Shown one piece after another: positions 36,516 through 49,890 of a stretch of 57,743 bases of DNA. The notes beneath the pieces were generated by a model. The model saw only the letters and a program-made list of their open reading frames with translations, did no database searches and had not been told where the DNA came from. This stretch comes from Nitrospirae bacterium JdFR-86 (GTDB lineage Bacteria > Nitrospirota > Thermodesulfovibrionia > Thermodesulfovibrionales > JdFR-86), in contig MTOV01000018.1 in assembly GCA_002011815.1 (NCBI GenBank), forward strand, positions 1 to 57,743. Direction: 5' to 3'. The stretch's first letter is position 1, and each line of letters starts with the position of its first letter. Both the position numbers and the translations under genes were made by a program.

Positions 36516-37572
36516 TCTGTTTTTGAAGTTTAAGGCTAAGGGCTCTTGGGTCTTTTTCCCCTCTATAGACATTAAGGAGTTCGTCCGCAATGCTTTTTGT
36601 ATTTCTGTAGCATTCCATTCTTGCCTGTTCGATGTGCTGCCACTGGTTCGTCTTAAGAAACTTTCTGAAGGCGTTCTGAATCTGCTCTGTGAGTATCTTC
36701 CTGTAGCCGCTTAGAAACACAATGTAGAAGGCAAGGGAGCCTGTGTTCTTTTCATCGATTATATATCTGAGCGTTCCTTTTTCAGATGTATCAGCAAGGA
36801 TGTCTTTTACTGCCCTTACAAATATTTGAGTTTTGCTCCGGATGATTAAAGACATCATTTCCGTCCATTCTGGCCCTATCTTTTCGGTCTCGAATGCCTC
36901 GCCCAGTTCATGATGGATGTAAGAGCGCAGTTCAGGTTCAGAGACCTCTTCGAGCATCCTGTCAAATGCCTCTGAGTCCATGTCTGCATCAACCCCGTAG
37001 GAGGAGAATGCCACTGCCAGCGCCCCCTTGGCTTTACCTGCCCTGAACTCCTCGAATTTTTCCCATATGAGCACTTTTGTGGCGTCTTTCCTTGCAAGTA
37101 TGGTTCTGCCTTGAAGCATTGCCGGATGTAAAGAAAGGTCTCTTACATATTCTTTTCCTGATATGTAAATGTTATATCCTTCGATTGTTTCCTGTCCGAT
37201 AAGCTCAGAGAGGAAAAACACAGGCTTCATATAAAGACCATAACCAGCTCCGTAAAAGATGTTTTCTTTCTTTAAAGCGTTGTTTATCCCTTCTGTGTCG
37301 AATGGTGCGAATTCCTTCTGGTTTATTGTCAGTGTTGAAAACTCTGTATCTGCAAGGCTTTCCCAGAGGCTTTCTTTTTGACCTATCCAGTTGGATATGT
37401 CCTTTTCATCGGTTTTTTCCCAGGGCTTGATGTTTTTTTCAAATCTGTAGAGTTCTCTGAGTCTGAGGAGCAGACCGCATATGGAGTAAAACCCCCAATA
37501 ACGGGCGTCCGAGATGTCACAGTTTCTCTTTACCTGTGGGATGAGTTCATTTAAAATACGCCCCGCCCTCAT
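36475..37572 (-). CDS. Sfum_1244-family protein
   Basis: QVKRNCDISDA..G.YSICGLLLRLR.LY, GYG..KP.FF, HELGE. Confidence 0.75.
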   Translation of the reverse strand: MRAGRILNELIPQVKRNCDISDARYWGFYSICGLLLRLRELYRFEKNIKPWEKTDEKDISNWIGQKESLWESLADTEFSTLTINQKEFAPFDTEGINNALKKENIFYGAGYGLYMKPVFFLSELIGQETIEGYNIYISGKEYVRDLSLHPAMLQGRTILARKDATKVLIWEKFEEFRAGKAKGALAVAFSSYGVDADMDSEAFDRMLEEVSEPELRSYIHHELGEAFETEKIGPEWTEMMSLIIRSKTQIFVRAVKDILADTSEKGTLRYIIDEKNTGSLAFYIVFLSGYRKILTEQIQNAFRKFLKTNQWQHIEQARMECYRNTKSIADELLNVYRGEKDPRALSLKLQKQITLSVPEHFRQTI

Positions 37573-37592
37573 AATTTAGGTTAAAATGAAGC

Positions 37593-38366
37593 ATGAGAAA
37601 TATCAAGCTGACGCTTCAATATGACGGAACAAACTATCACGGATGGCAGAGCCAGAAAAGAGAGGGCACCATCCAGTCCACTGTTGAAGAATGTATTCTA
37701 AGACTTACAGGCAGCAGGTCGAAACTAAGGGGAGCAGGCAGAACAGATGCAGGGGTTCATGCCCTTGAGCAGGTAGCGTCTTTCAGCACGGCATCAGGGC
37801 TTGATATTAACACCATAAAAAGGGCACTTAATGCAATGCTTCCTCCGGATATAAGGATTACCTCTGTGTCCGAAGTGGACGGGTCGTTTCATCCCAGGTA
37901 CAGTGCAGTGGGCAAGAGGTATTTCTATCTCATCGCAAACATGAATTATGTATCTCCGTTTATTGAAAGGTTTATCTGGAGAGTGCCACAGAGGCTTAAC
38001 ATCAAGGACATGGCAAAGGCAGGCAGGCTTCTTGTGGGAAGGCATGATTTCAGAGGATACATGGCTTCGGGTTCATCAGTGAAAGACACTATAAGGGAGA
38101 TAAAAAGACTTACAGTGAAGGAGATGGACAGTATTGAGTTTCTCTCTGTTTCACTTAAAGGCAGGTTTATAAAAGTCACGGTTGAGGGTGACGGGTTTCT
38201 CAGGCACATGGTAAGGAATATCATCGGCACGCTTGTTGAGGTTGCAAAGGGCAAGAGGAAGCCTGAGTCGGTTCTGGACATAATCGCTTCAGGTGACAGA
38301 AAATTAGCCGGGCCTACAGCACCGGCTAACGGCTTGTTCCTTGAAAAAGTGCTTTATACTTTTTAA
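37593..38366 (+). CDS. truA: tRNA pseudouridine(38-40) synthase
   Basis: YDGTNYHGWQ, AGRTDAGVHA, FLRHMVR, TAPANGL. Confidence 0.96.
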   Translation: MRNIKLTLQYDGTNYHGWQSQKREGTIQSTVEECILRLTGSRSKLRGAGRTDAGVHALEQVASFSTASGLDINTIKRALNAMLPPDIRITSVSEVDGSFHPRYSAVGKRYFYLIANMNYVSPFIERFIWRVPQRLNIKDMAKAGRLLVGRHDFRGYMASGSSVKDTIREIKRLTVKEMDSIEFLSVSLKGRFIKVTVEGDGFLRHMVRNIIGTLVEVAKGKRKPESVLDIIASGDRKLAGPTAPANGLFLEKVLYTF

Positions 38367-38926
38367 GGGAGGAACTCTTCTTCTCTTTCGACTGCTTCGA
38401 GCTCCTCGCGTTTTTCCTGACAGTCTCTGCAGCATATTGCAAAAGGCAGTATTTTCAGTCTCTCAGCGTTTATCTCTTCGCCGCAGTCCTCGCATATACC
38501 GTATGTGCCTTCTTCGAGTTTTCTCAGAGATTCGTCTATCTTCAAAAGGGTTTCTCTGTGTGTGCCGAGCTTTCTGAGGTTGATGTCTTCTGAAAGGTCG
38601 ATAACTGACCAGTCTCCCTCATCGAGCGCAGTCTCAACGAGCTGCCGGTTTTCGCCTTTTATGTATTTTGCTATCTCTGTCTGTGCTTCCTTTACTATGT
38701 TTTCCCTTTTCTCGATAAGGAGTCTTCTTAGTGTTTCTTTTGCGTTTTCTGCTTTTGCCTTTTTGGCTTGAGTGGTCTTTGCCTTTTGCGCAGACATAGC
38801 CTTCTTCTTAACTGTGGTTTTTACCGCAGTTTTCTTTTTCTTGGCAGAAGTCTCTAGTGAAGATTTCTTGGATGCCTTCACGGACTTCTTCTTTGCAGTC
38901 TTTTTTGTTCCTTTTTTTGTTGGCAT
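38363..38926 (-). CDS. DksA/TraR-family C4 zinc-finger protein with Lys-rich N-terminal extension
   Basis: DEGDWS coiled-coil tip; GTYGICEDCGEEI..ERL..LP.A.CCRDCQ. Confidence 0.88.
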   Translation of the reverse strand: MPTKKGTKKTAKKKSVKASKKSSLETSAKKKKTAVKTTVKKKAMSAQKAKTTQAKKAKAENAKETLRRLLIEKRENIVKEAQTEIAKYIKGENRQLVETALDEGDWSVIDLSEDINLRKLGTHRETLLKIDESLRKLEEGTYGICEDCGEEINAERLKILPFAICCRDCQEKREELEAVEREEEFLP

Positions 38927-39075
38927 TATTTTTTCTCTGCTGTTGTTTCTTCTTCCTTTCCTTTTTCTTTGTAGACTTCCTGGATGCTTCTTACCTTGAT
39001 GCCTGCCTGTTGCAGCGCCTTCTGGATGTCTACTGCTTTTGCGTCTTCGACCTTAAGGACAAAATTAACGTTCAT
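38926..39075 (-). CDS. 49-aa hypothetical protein (missing from the ORF track)
   Basis: MNVNFVLKVEDAKAVDIQKALQQAGIKVRSIQEVYKEKGKEEETTAEKK; GGAGG RBS inside the frr 3' end; TAA overlaps the dksA-like ATG. Confidence 0.75.
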   Translation of the reverse strand: MNVNFVLKVEDAKAVDIQKALQQAGIKVRSIQEVYKEKGKEEETTAEKK

Positions 39076-39076
39076 C

Positions 39077-40940
<1,864 letters not shown>

Positions 40941-40944
<4 letters not shown>

Positions 40945-41804
40945 TCTTTAACCTCCTCTTCTGCTTTGGTTTCTACTTTGGTTTCTTCGGCTTCCTCGAC
41001 TTTTGTCTCTGTTTCAGGTTTTTCTGAAGTGACTGTTTCGGTCTTTTCTGCGGTCTCTACTTCTGCTTCTGCCTTTGCTTCTTCAGCTGCTTGTGCTGCG
41101 GCTTCCTCAGCCTTTAATTTTGCCATTTCCTCTTTGCCTTCGATAATCGCATCTGCAATCTTTGATGAGATAAGTGCAATGGCTCTTATTGCATCGTCGT
41201 TTCCCGGGATGACGTAGTCTATTTCATCCGGGTCGCAGTTGGTATCCACGACTGCGACTATCGGGATGGAGAGTTTTCTTGCCTCTGCGACTGCTATTTT
41301 CTCTTTTTTCGGGTCTATTATAAAGACTATGCCCGGAAGTTCAGTCATGTCTTTAATGCCGCTTAGGTTCTTCTCAAGCTTCATTCTTTCTTTTTCATAG
41401 GCGGCGACTTCTTTTTTGGTTAAGAGGTTGTATGTTCCGTCCTCTTTCATCGTCTCAATTTTCTTGAGCCTTTCTATGCTTTTCTTGATAGTCGTAAAGT
41501 TTGTGAGCATGCCGCCGAGCCATCTCTGGTTTACGTAGTAAGCGCCTGCTCTTTTAGCCTCTTCTGCTATGGCGTCCTGTGCCTGTTTCTTTGTCCCCAC
41601 GAAGAGTACAGACGTGCCTTTGGCTGCCTCCTCTTTGACAAAGTTATAGGCGGTTTCCAAGCCTTTCATTGTCTTCTGGAGGTCGATGATGTAAATATCG
41701 TTTCTTTCGCCGAAGATATAGCGTTTCATCTTCGGATTCCAGCGCTTGACCTGATGTCCGAAGTGGACACCAGCCTCCAGAAGTTCCTTCATCGTAACAA
41801 CCAT
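40941..41804 (-). CDS. rpsB: 30S ribosomal protein S2
   Basis: [33 protein letters not shown]. Confidence 0.98.
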
Positions 41805-41825
41805 ACGTGTGTCCTCCTTACATTG

Positions 41826-41936
41826 GTTAATCCTCCGCCCATCCCCTTTTTACTCCGGATGGAGACCACCAAGGGGGGTGTCAGGGCGTGTGTTTTCCAG
41901 GGTTTGGAGTGTATCATAAAAAGCCTTTTTTTGCAA
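41826..41936 (-). promoter_or_regulatory. rpsB promoter and rpsB (t44-like) leader
   Basis: TTGCAA-N17-TACACT; leader ACACACG...GGAGGATTAACC. Confidence 0.6.
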
Positions 41937-42035
41937 GGGTATAGGGCGTAAATGCAGGTTAAATCTCTAAAAAATCCTGAAATCAGCCGTTTGATGGCTG
42001 TAATTCGGGCTTTTTTGGCATGGTAGAGGCTCTAA

Positions 42036-42107
42036 AGCCGGGGATGGGGGTCGAACCCACGACCTGCTGATTACGAATCAGCTGCTCTACCACTGAGCTA
42101 CCCCGGC
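42036..42107 (-). tRNA. tRNA-Thr(CGT), CCA not encoded
   Basis: GCCGGGG-TAGCTCAGTGGTAGAGC-A-GCTGA-TTCGTAA-TCAGC-AGGTC-GTGGGTTCGACCCCCAT-CCCCGGC-T. Confidence 0.96.
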
Positions 42108-42146
42108 TTGAACTACTATTTTACTACAAGACAAAGACACAGTGGG

Positions 42147-42257
42147 ATTAAAATATTCTGTTAGGGTTCGCAGGCTCTACAGCTCCGCTTTTTAGTGGAT
42201 ACTCTTTCAGCGCTTGCAAAATTAAAATATTCTGTTAGGGTTCGCAGGCTCTACAGC
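42147..42257. repeat. Perfect 37-bp direct repeat pair separated by a 37-bp unique spacer (orphan CRISPR-like mini-array)
   Basis: attaaaatattctgttagggttcgcaggctctacagc at 42147-42183 and 42221-42257; no cas genes in the window. Confidence 0.7.
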
Positions 42258-42267
42258 CGCAGAACCG

Positions 42268-44237
<1,970 letters not shown>

Positions 44238-44264
44238 TTAGGAAATTTTCTCCGTAAAAAGGTT

Positions 44265-44720
44265 TTATTTTAAAAAGCTCAATATTTTTGATACTGCTTC
44301 TTCTGCGTCCGAAGCCTCGATGATTCCTTTAATCTGCCATGTGTTTATCCCTACTACAGGCTTGTTCATCTGAAGCGAGAAGGCTATCTCAGAGAGTGTT
44401 CCGTATTCTCCGCCTACAGCTACGACTGCATCTGCCGTGCGCGCTATGATTACATTTCTTCCAATGCCAAGACCTGTGGCAACAGGAATGTCTATGTAGT
44501 CATTGGCGCTTTCCTTGCTGTCCTGAGGCAGCACTCCTACCGTAATGCCGCCTGCTGCCTTTGCACCCCTTGAGGCGGCTTCCATAACGCCGCCGAGTCC
44601 GCCGGTCAGAACGACAATGCCGTTTTGCGCAAGAAGTCTTCCGACTTCTTCAGCCTCTTTAAGAATCGCTTTGCTTGTCTGCCTGCCGCCAATGACTGCA
44701 ACGAATTTTTTGGTGTCCAC
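44265..44720 (-). CDS. TIGR00725/LOG-family Rossmann-fold protein
   Basis: TGGLGGVMEA, GVLP, RN.II, GGEYGTLSE. Confidence 0.88.
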   Translation of the reverse strand: MDTKKFVAVIGGRQTSKAILKEAEEVGRLLAQNGIVVLTGGLGGVMEAASRGAKAAGGITVGVLPQDSKESANDYIDIPVATGLGIGRNVIIARTADAVVAVGGEYGTLSEIAFSLQMNKPVVGINTWQIKGIIEASDAEEAVSKILSFLK

Positions 44721-44817
44721 AGCCCAGAATATATTAAATGCCGGATTTTTTTCAACTTACAGTGCTGCGTGATTGTGTTGTTGATAATAGGTATGATTCC
44801 AAGTAAAATAAACTATT

Positions 44818-45723
44818 ATGCGAAAGAAAACCAAAAAGAAAATAAGAAAAGCAATATTGCCTGCTGCCGGATTAGGCACGAGATTTTTACCTGCTACAAA
44901 AGCTTCGCCGAAAGAGATGCTTCCTATCGTTGACAAACCAATGATACAGTATGCAGTCGAGGAGGCACTGACATGCGGAATAAAAGAGTTCATTATAATC
45001 ACCGGCAAGCACAAACGCGCGATAGAAGACCATTTCGACTCTGCCCATGAACTTGAGGAAACTCTCAAAAAGACAGGAAAAGAGAGCCTTCTTGAAGAGA
45101 TAAACAGACTGAAAAACATAGACTTTGCCTATATAAGACAGAGAGCGGCTCTTGGGCTCGGACATGCTGTCCTGTGCGCCAAACCCTTTGTAAAGGATGA
45201 ACCCTTTGCCGTTCTCTTAAGCGATGACATCATACCACCGGATGAAACACTCCTTTCTGATATGATGAAGCTGTACGAAAAGGTGAATTGTCCTGTGGTT
45301 GCCCTTCAGAGGGTTGAACGCTCTGAGATACATCGCTATGGCGTAATAGACGGAACAGAAGAGAAAAAAGGAGTGTATAAGATCAAAAACCTTGTGGAAA
45401 AGCCTTCGGCTAAGGAAGCGCCTTCTGACCTTGCAATAATAGGAAGATATATACTCGTGCCAGAGATATTCAGTGTGCTGGAGAAAGCAACACCAGGAAG
45501 AGGCGGTGAGATTCAGCTTACCGACGCCCTTAAAACTCTTCTGAAGAATCAGCCTATATACGGATATGTATTCAACGGTAAAAGATACGATGCGGGAGAC
45601 AAACTCGGTTTCCTTATGGCAACAGTTGACCTTGCGCTTAAAAACCCTTCTGTATCCGAAGGATTCAAAAACTATATACTTCAGACAGCATCAAGACTGG
45701 AAAATCTGAACAGAAAGCAATGA
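44818..45723 (+). CDS. galU: UTP-glucose-1-phosphate uridylyltransferase
   Basis: [40 protein letters not shown]. Confidence 0.96.
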   Translation: MRKKTKKKIRKAILPAAGLGTRFLPATKASPKEMLPIVDKPMIQYAVEEALTCGIKEFIIITGKHKRAIEDHFDSAHELEETLKKTGKESLLEEINRLKNIDFAYIRQRAALGLGHAVLCAKPFVKDEPFAVLLSDDIIPPDETLLSDMMKLYEKVNCPVVALQRVERSEIHRYGVIDGTEEKKGVYKIKNLVEKPSAKEAPSDLAIIGRYILVPEIFSVLEKATPGRGGEIQLTDALKTLLKNQPIYGYVFNGKRYDAGDKLGFLMATVDLALKNPSVSEGFKNYILQTASRLENLNRKQ

Positions 45724-45731
45724 GGAGTAAA

Positions 45732-48158
45732 ATGGCTGAAATTGCAGAAAAAGAAGAAAAAGAACTTATTATCCCTGACGAACTGCCTGTTCTGCCTGTA
45801 AGGGATATCGTTGTATTTCCCTATATGATACTGCCTTTGTTCGTCGGCAGGGATATGTCCATAAAGGCGATAGACAATGCATTAAGCACAAATAAAATGA
45901 TAATGCTTCTTACGCAGAAGGATTTGCGTGTGGAAACCCCTACGCCTGACGACCTTTATTCCATCGGAGTAGTGGGTCTTATAATGAGAACCCTTAAATT
46001 GCCGGACGGCAGAATTAAGGTGCTCGTTCAGGGACTGAGTAAGGCAAGGGCAGTGGAGTTTCCACAGAAAGAGCCTTTCTATACGGCGACTATAGAGAAA
46101 ATAGTCGAGGAAGCACCTGCTGAGGTCACTATAGAAATAGAGGCGCTGATAAGGACAGTGAAAGAACAGCTTGATAAAGCCGTCTCTTTAGGGAAGCATA
46201 TACTTCCTGACATCATGGTCGTTATCGAAAACCTCGAAGACCCAGGCAGGCTTGCAGACCTCGTTGCCTCAAACCTCGGACTTAAAACTGAACAGGCACA
46301 GGAAGTCCTCGAGATAACAGATCCGGTTAAAAGACTGAAAAGAGTAAGTGACATCCTGAACAGGGAAATAGAACTTCTCATAGTCCAGCAGAAGATACAG
46401 ACCGAGGCAAGAGGCGAAATAGATAAGACACAGAGAGAATATTTCCTCAGAGAACAGCTTAAAGCCATACAGAAGGAACTCGGTGAGATAGACGAAAGAG
46501 CAGAGGAAATAAAGGAATTCAAGCAGAAAATAGAAGAAGCAAAGATGCCTGAAAAGGTAATGAAAGAGGCTGAAAAACAGCTTAAGCGTTTGCAGAAGAT
46601 GCATCCTGACAGCGCAGAAGCGGCTACCGTCAGAACATATCTTGAATGGATGGTTGAACTGCCGTGGTCAAAATCCACAAAGGACAGACTCAATATAAAG
46701 GCAGCAAAGAAAGTGCTCGATGAAGACCACTATAATCTTGAAAAAGTAAAGGAACGAATACTCGAATATCTCAGCGTTAGAAAACTCAAGGAAAAGATGA
46801 AAGGTCCAATACTCTGCTTTATAGGACCGCCGGGTGTGGGCAAGACATCTCTTGGAAAGTCCATTGCAAGAGCGCTCGGAAGGGAATTTGTAAGAATGTC
46901 CCTGGGTGGCGTAAGAGACGAAGCAGAAATCCGGGGACACAGAAGAACCTATGTAGGTGCGCTTCCAGGCAGGATTATTCAGGGAATAAAGCAGGCAGGG
47001 ACAAACAACCCTGTCTTCATGCTCGATGAGGTGGACAAAATAGGCATGGACTTCAGGGGAGACCCGTCAAGCGCACTGCTTGAAGTGCTTGACCCTGAAC
47101 AAAATAATGCCTTTGTCGACCACTATCTCGCAGTGCCTTTTGACCTTTCAAACGTCATGTTTATAACTACAGGCAATATGGTCGATACCATACCCGGTCC
47201 GCTTAGAGACAGAATGGAGACGATATTCCTCTCAGGCTATACAGCAGAGGAAAAGCTTGGTATTGCAAAGAACTACCTGCTTCCAAAACAGCTTGAGGAG
47301 CACGGCATAACCAACAGGATACTGAAGGTGTCGGACCAGGCGCTCCTGATGATAATCACACAGTATACAAGAGAGGCAGGCGTCAGAAACCTCGAAAGGG
47401 AGATAGCAAATCTTTGCAGAAAAGTAGCGAAAGAGATAGCAGAGGGAAGGAAAAAGAGCTTTTTCATCACTGCAGGAAACCTCAGCAAGTATCTTGGTGT
47501 GCCAAAGTATCTGCCAGAGGAAGAGATGCTTAAGGACGAGGTTGGCGTTTCCACAGGTCTTGCGTGGACAGAGACAGGCGGAGACATAATCTACGTGGAA
47601 GCCACCACCATGAAAGGCAAAGGCAGTCTTACGCTTACAGGGCAGCTCGGCGATGTCATGAAAGAGTCAGCTCAGGCGGCATTAAGCTATGTAAGGTCAA
47701 GGGCTAAGAGCCTCGGCATAAAGGATGAGGTATTTGCAAAGACAGACCTGCACATACATGTGCCTGCCGGTGCTATACCAAAAGACGGTCCTTCTGCCGG
47801 AATTACAATGGCTACAGCCATTGCATCCGCCCTTACAGGCAGACCAGTTGACAGAAAGATAGCCATGACCGGCGAGGTTACACTCAGAGGAAGGATTCTG
47901 CCAGTAGGCGGTCTTAAAGAAAAATCTCTTGCCGCAAAAAGAGTAGGTATAGAAAAGATAATTATTCCAAAAAGGAACGAAAAAGACCTCGAGGATATAC
48001 CGAAATACATAAAAAAGGATATACAGTTTATCCTCGTGGATACCATGGATGAAGTGCTCCGGCATGCACTAAAGAGAGTCAATTCGAAAAAGAAGAAATC
48101 CACAAAGAAGAAGTCCACGACTGCAAAAAGCACAAGTCTCAGAAAAACCAAAGGATGA
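45732..48158 (+). CDS. lon: Lon protease
   Basis: [27 protein letters not shown]; Lys-rich C-terminal tail. Confidence 0.97.
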   Translation: MAEIAEKEEKELIIPDELPVLPVRDIVVFPYMILPLFVGRDMSIKAIDNALSTNKMIMLLTQKDLRVETPTPDDLYSIGVVGLIMRTLKLPDGRIKVLVQGLSKARAVEFPQKEPFYTATIEKIVEEAPAEVTIEIEALIRTVKEQLDKAVSLGKHILPDIMVVIENLEDPGRLADLVASNLGLKTEQAQEVLEITDPVKRLKRVSDILNREIELLIVQQKIQTEARGEIDKTQREYFLREQLKAIQKELGEIDERAEEIKEFKQKIEEAKMPEKVMKEAEKQLKRLQKMHPDSAEAATVRTYLEWMVELPWSKSTKDRLNIKAAKKVLDEDHYNLEKVKERILEYLSVRKLKEKMKGPILCFIGPPGVGKTSLGKSIARALGREFVRMSLGGVRDEAEIRGHRRTYVGALPGRIIQGIKQAGTNNPVFMLDEVDKIGMDFRGDPSSALLEVLDPEQNNAFVDHYLAVPFDLSNVMFITTGNMVDTIPGPLRDRMETIFLSGYTAEEKLGIAKNYLLPKQLEEHGITNRILKVSDQALLMIITQYTREAGVRNLEREIANLCRKVAKEIAEGRKKSFFITAGNLSKYLGVPKYLPEEEMLKDEVGVSTGLAWTETGGDIIYVEATTMKGKGSLTLTGQLGDVMKESAQAALSYVRSRAKSLGIKDEVFAKTDLHIHVPAGAIPKDGPSAGITMATAIASALTGRPVDRKIAMTGEVTLRGRILPVGGLKEKSLAAKRVGIEKIIIPKRNEKDLEDIPKYIKKDIQFILVDTMDEVLRHALKRVNSKKKKSTKKKSTTAKSTSLRKTKG

Positions 48159-49132
48159 AACTGTCTGAAAAAGGCGAGCTTTCCCTATTAGAGGCAATCA
48201 GGTCTAAATTCCCCACAAGGTCAAAAACAGTCATCACAGGCATAGGCGATGATGCCGCTGTCCTTAAACCAGACCTCCTTGTTACCACTGATATGATGCT
48301 TGAAGGTGTGCATTTTGATTTACGGCTTATCACGCCGTTTCAGCTCGGGTTTAAGCTCATATCGGTAAATGTCAGCGATATATATGCAATGGGTGGAAGA
48401 CCCAGTTTTATTCTCCTTGGTATTGCTGTTCCTGGCAGGACAGAGGATGCATTCATCCAGAGGTTCTTTGACGGCGTAAAGGCTGCCATAAGATTATATA
48501 AGCTTTCTCTTGTTGGAGGAGATGTCTCATCATCCAAAAAGGACATGGTTGTCTCTGCAACGCTCCTTGGATACGCAAAAAAGCCAATAGGGCGTTCCGG
48601 TGCAAAACCCGGTGATAGAATATACGTAACAGGAAACCTCGGAGATTCAGCGTGCGGTCTTGAACTTCTTAAAAAGATAAACAGACAGGTGGAATTTGAC
48701 AAGCCGCTTAACAGCCCTCTCAGGTGGAATGTGATGAAGCCTCTTCTTAAGAAGCACCTTATGCCACAGGCAGTAAATCCAGGAAAGTTTGCAAAAGCCG
48801 CCACTGCAATGATAGACCTTAGCGACGGGCTGTTCATAGACCTGACAAGACTCTGCATCGAAAGCAACGTCGGAGCAAAAATTTATAAAAGCAGAATCCC
48901 TGTTTCAAATAGTATGAAAACTGCATCCGCCTTCCTCGGATTAGACCCGTTCAGGCTTGCTGTGGCAGGTGGCGAGGACTATGAACTCCTTTTTACTGCC
49001 CCTCCGCGGAAAAGACCCGGCGCAATATGCATAGGCGAGATTACAGAATCAGGAATGCTTGTTGTAGATGAATATGGTGCAGAAAAACCATTTGCGCCTG
49101 AAGGCTATCAGCACTTTAAATTAAAGAAATAA
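48155..49132 (+). CDS. thiL: Thiamine-monophosphate kinase
   Basis: [35 protein letters not shown]. Confidence 0.95.
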   Translation: MKLSEKGELSLLEAIRSKFPTRSKTVITGIGDDAAVLKPDLLVTTDMMLEGVHFDLRLITPFQLGFKLISVNVSDIYAMGGRPSFILLGIAVPGRTEDAFIQRFFDGVKAAIRLYKLSLVGGDVSSSKKDMVVSATLLGYAKKPIGRSGAKPGDRIYVTGNLGDSACGLELLKKINRQVEFDKPLNSPLRWNVMKPLLKKHLMPQAVNPGKFAKAATAMIDLSDGLFIDLTRLCIESNVGAKIYKSRIPVSNSMKTASAFLGLDPFRLAVAGGEDYELLFTAPPRKRPGAICIGEITESGMLVVDEYGAEKPFAPEGYQHFKLKK

Positions 49133-49284
49133 GACTGCCACCAAGATAGCATCAATCCTGCCAGCCCTTTTTCTTTTCTGTTGTTGTTTCCGTATTTCAG
49201 TGTAATTGTTTAAATAAGTGCGACTGGATGTTATAATGCAGGGCTACTGATTTTTTGTAGTCTGATTGGCAGTATCTTTAAAAC

Positions 49285-49731
49285 ATGGCTGGCAGAGTAA
49301 GGTTCATTGACAGAATCAGGGCTATATTAAGCATCGGGGATACACCGCATAAGATAGCTATCTCGTTTGCTATAGGTATATTCCTGGGCATGTCCCCTTT
49401 GATTGGTCTTCATACGGTTCTGGCACTTGCTGCGGCATGGATATTCAGGTTAAACAGACTCGTTATTCTTTCAGGAGTGTATGTTACCAATCCGTGGAGC
49501 GTTATACCAATATATACTTTTTGCACATGGGTTGGCACACTGCTTCTGGGAATAGATGATGTGCTGCCTACTGTGGACTGGCGGCATATGACAATGAGCA
49601 GTGTCTTTGGAGACCTCAGATACATACTCCTGCCATTTGTCGTCGGCTCTACAGTAGTGGGGCTTTTCTCTTCAGTCCTGAGTTATTTTGTCATCAGAGC
49701 AATGGCAGAAAAAGCGCACAGAGCAAAATAA
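49285..49731 (+). CDS. DUF2062-family membrane protein
   Basis: TPHKIAISFAIGIF.G..P..G, RLN, TNPW. Confidence 0.8.
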   Translation: MAGRVRFIDRIRAILSIGDTPHKIAISFAIGIFLGMSPLIGLHTVLALAAAWIFRLNRLVILSGVYVTNPWSVIPIYTFCTWVGTLLLGIDDVLPTVDWRHMTMSSVFGDLRYILLPFVVGSTVVGLFSSVLSYFVIRAMAEKAHRAK

Positions 49732-49890
49732 AAAACACTGCAGAATGCACTTCTCTATAAGGTTGTAAAGTATACACGTTTTTTTGGTATGATTAACAGG
49801 CTCGTTTGTATTAAAATAGAGCGTCTTCGGGAATGATGATTTTTGGTGGGAAAAGATCATAGTCCCTGATAAACAGAGAGACAGGGATAG

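Noticed and set aside
46079-46693. 204-aa antisense ORF within lon, and many similar shadow ORFs
   Set aside because: Fully antisense to well-supported genes, with composition typical of shadow ORFs
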